Positions 61,595-64,000 of a DNA stretch of 64,000 nt are shown here, piece by piece. The DNA comes from Anthoceros angustus. Taxonomy: Eukaryota; Plantae; Anthocerotophyta. Below the pieces are notes generated by a model, which had not been told where the DNA came from, ran no database searches, and saw only the letters and a program-made list of their open reading frames with translations. How positions within the stretch are numbered: the stretch's first letter is position 1; every line of letters starts with the position of its first letter. A program made the translations under genes and the position numbers. The DNA lies in assembly GCA_010909165.1 (NCBI GenBank), contig MU008158.1, positions 2,071,478 through 2,135,477 on the forward strand. Direction: 5' to 3'.

Positions 61595-63537
61595 ATGCTG
61601 TCACAACGGCAGAGAATGCGCCCACCTAGCGAGGTACCCGTGCGGTCGGAAACGAGGTATAAGAGGTCTCGCAAACTGGCCCGCTGCAAGTCAGTATGGT
61701 GTGGCACGGGGCTGTGCATGGCTATGGCTTTCGTGCTGGCCGTGGCGCTGTTTTTGGGTCTCTTCTTCGGCAGACCTCACAAGGGATTCGCAGCAGATGG
61801 ATTGGAGAAGGCCGAGGTGCAGGTGTACGAGTATGAGGTTGTGGCAGAGTTCCCTCACGATCCCAATGCCTTCACTCAGGTTTGTGGGCCCGTACTCACG
61901 AACGTGTTGCGCTTTCTGTGACCTTGGAGGTGGGCTGAATGAGTTGGATGTTCCTTGAGTGGTATGCAGGGTTTGTTGTATTACAAGGACGACATCTTGT
62001 ATGAATCTACCGGCCTAAAGGGACAGGTAGGTGTCCAGGAGAGCATGCAGCTGGCATTGCTCTGCTGAAGCACCAAGTTGGAGTGAGGCTGTGCTTACTT
62101 GTTCCTCGTGGTTTGTTGTGGTGCAGTCATCCGTTCGGCGAGTTGATCTGGCGAGCGGTGAGGTGTGACATTTTGTTGAAGAATTATCTTCCTGCTACTT
62201 AGGGCTCCATCTCCAAGGATGGGGGAGGGTTATGGACTTGACCTTGGAGATATTAGGTGCGGCAATCAAAGCGACTTGGGAATCAATATTTTGGAGAAGG
62301 CTTAACTTTGTGGAATGACAGGTGCGGAATGACAGTTCCGTCCTCCTTTATTTATGCTTTTGCACATGGTGGGTTTTGAGTTGTTTCTTTATGTCTGGTC
62401 TGCTGGTCATGTAGGCTACTTCAAGTGCTATGGTTGACAACCCAGGGTTTTATCTATAATCGGGAGAACCTTTCTCAGGTACTGCAATGGTGCTATGGCC
62501 TTCCATGTTTGCTGTGTTCGTACTGTGTCAATGATCGTTTTTTTTCTTCCTGTGCCTTAATGGTCATACCGCGCAGGTTGGAACATTTACCCAGCCCATG
62601 AGAGATGGTTGGGGCTTGACGGGAGATGCAACACAGTTGATTGGGAGCGACGGCACTTCCACACTGTACTTCATCAACCCGGACACCTTTGCAGGTATGA
62701 ACATGCTGCAGTGGTGGGAGACCAAAATACTCCTCAACTGCTTATCTGACAATCTTTTTGCACCTTTCTAAGCAGAAATCAGGAATATCACGGTGACAGA
62801 TGGAGGGAAGAAAGTGACGTTCCTTAATGAACTTGAGTACATAAGCGATGAAATCTGGGCAAATGTGTGGCAGGTTTGTTTTCTCAGTTATAACGATGCA
62901 AGTAATTTTGCTGGCAGCAGAACTTTGAAACATGCATGACTAGCGCTGGAAGCTCGAGATGCTGGTTTCTCAATGTCTTAAACTTACTTCGTGCCGCCTG
63001 TGCAGAAGGAGTGCATTGTGAGAATTTGCCCAAAAGATGGTCGGGTCAAGGGCTGGATTCTACTAACTGGATTGAGGTAAGCTGCGCCTCAGTATTCCGC
63101 AGAATGCTGTTATACACGAATGGTCGGAACCTGACTACCTTTGTGCTGGAAATGGCAGAGACTCTATTTATAAAGGAGGATACGAGGTAAGTGTCACCTT
63201 TGAGTCTGCCTCTGTGCTGGTTGATGTCTAGAAGTTGCAGAGTTTTTATTGGTCTGTGACTGTAATGGCGGCAGGGAAGACCATTGGACGTCCTAAACGG
63301 CATTGCCTGGGATTCGAAACAGGAACGTCTGTTTGGTGAGTTTTATCTGCTTCCAATCGTAGCACTTGGGAAGCTATTGATAGTGCCTGCATTCTGATTC
63401 TGCACGTTGAATGAAATGCAGTTACTGGAAAGCTCTGGCCTAAGTTATTCCAGATCAAACTGCGCAGTCCTTCAGCAGGTTCCAACATTACGGTGGAGTC
63501 TGCGCGTGCCACTTGCATCATTTCTAACCAACGTTAG
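61595..63537 (+). CDS. QC: Glutaminyl-peptide cyclotransferase (plant type-I glutaminyl cyclase), multi-exon
   Basis: TM anchor, then EVVAEFPHDPNAFTQGL, LYESTGL.GQSSVRRVDL, YFGEGLTL, DGWGL, GSDGTS.LY, LNELEYI..EIWANVWQ, DVLNGIAWD...RLFVTGKLWPKLFQIKL. GT-AG introns; TAG at 63535-63537. Confidence 0.95.
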
Positions 63538-64000
63538 CACAGGCATAGTTGCACGCAAATAGAAGCTCCCTCTTTGGCCTTCTTAATTTGTACAGCTTGG
63601 AAGTTGGGACTGTGCACCTGACTGCTGGAATCTTGCCTCTGGGTCTCTCCTGTCTTTATGTATGGATCCAGCTGTTAAATATGTACGATGGCTGTTGTTT
63701 CGCGTCAGTATTTAACAAAGCAGCAATTTTTGGTCTGGCTTACCGTTTTAGGGATATATATTCAGCTTTTTGTGAGGGATAGAGATACGTATGGGATAAG
63801 GGTATGTATATATGCAGCTTTTGTGAGGTTTCCTTGCTTGTACGAGCCAGCATTTACGTAGGTAGGAGGATGGGGATTCTAGTATCCATGGGTTGGCCAC
63901 GATCAGACGCCAGAGGTCATCGATCCGTAAGCACGCAACACGAAAGAAGTTCGAAGAGCGTGGAGGCTGCCTGAGGCCGGCATTCAACTCAACAAGCACG

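Overview
Eukaryotic land-plant nuclear DNA. The compact genes and short GT-AG introns resemble a bryophyte or lycophyte genome (inference). Bases 1-21 kb hold seven genes: ycf20/NPQ6-like (-), a tandem two-domain universal stress protein (+), an NT-C2 domain protein (+), a plastid atypical SDR/Rossmann protein (+), an intronless GH31 HGL1-like glucosidase with small indel frameshifts (+), an RBMX2/IST3-like RRM-CCCH splicing factor (-) and V-ATPase subunit H (+). Bases ~22.6-59.6 kb are one minus-strand L1-type LINE broken up by nested insertions: a 4.0-kb TIR element with a 4-bp TSD, an unclassified ~2.7-kb insert, a Ty3/gypsy element with ~3.5-kb LTRs, and a 4.6-kb solo LTR with an ATAAG TSD. 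A ~7.5-kb tandem duplication (possibly an assembly artefact) overlaps this nest. A glutaminyl cyclase gene (+) closes the window. Two observations stand out. First, the giant LTRs of two different families each carry a homologous protein-coding ORF inside the LTR, so solo LTRs remain gene-bearing. Second, the C-terminal domain of the NT-C2 protein has the Q-C-H-D pattern of a viral-tegument-like (VTD/peptidase C76) cysteine protease or deubiquitinase. The repeat region is dense in indels typical of unpolished long-read consensus, which limits frame-level conclusions.
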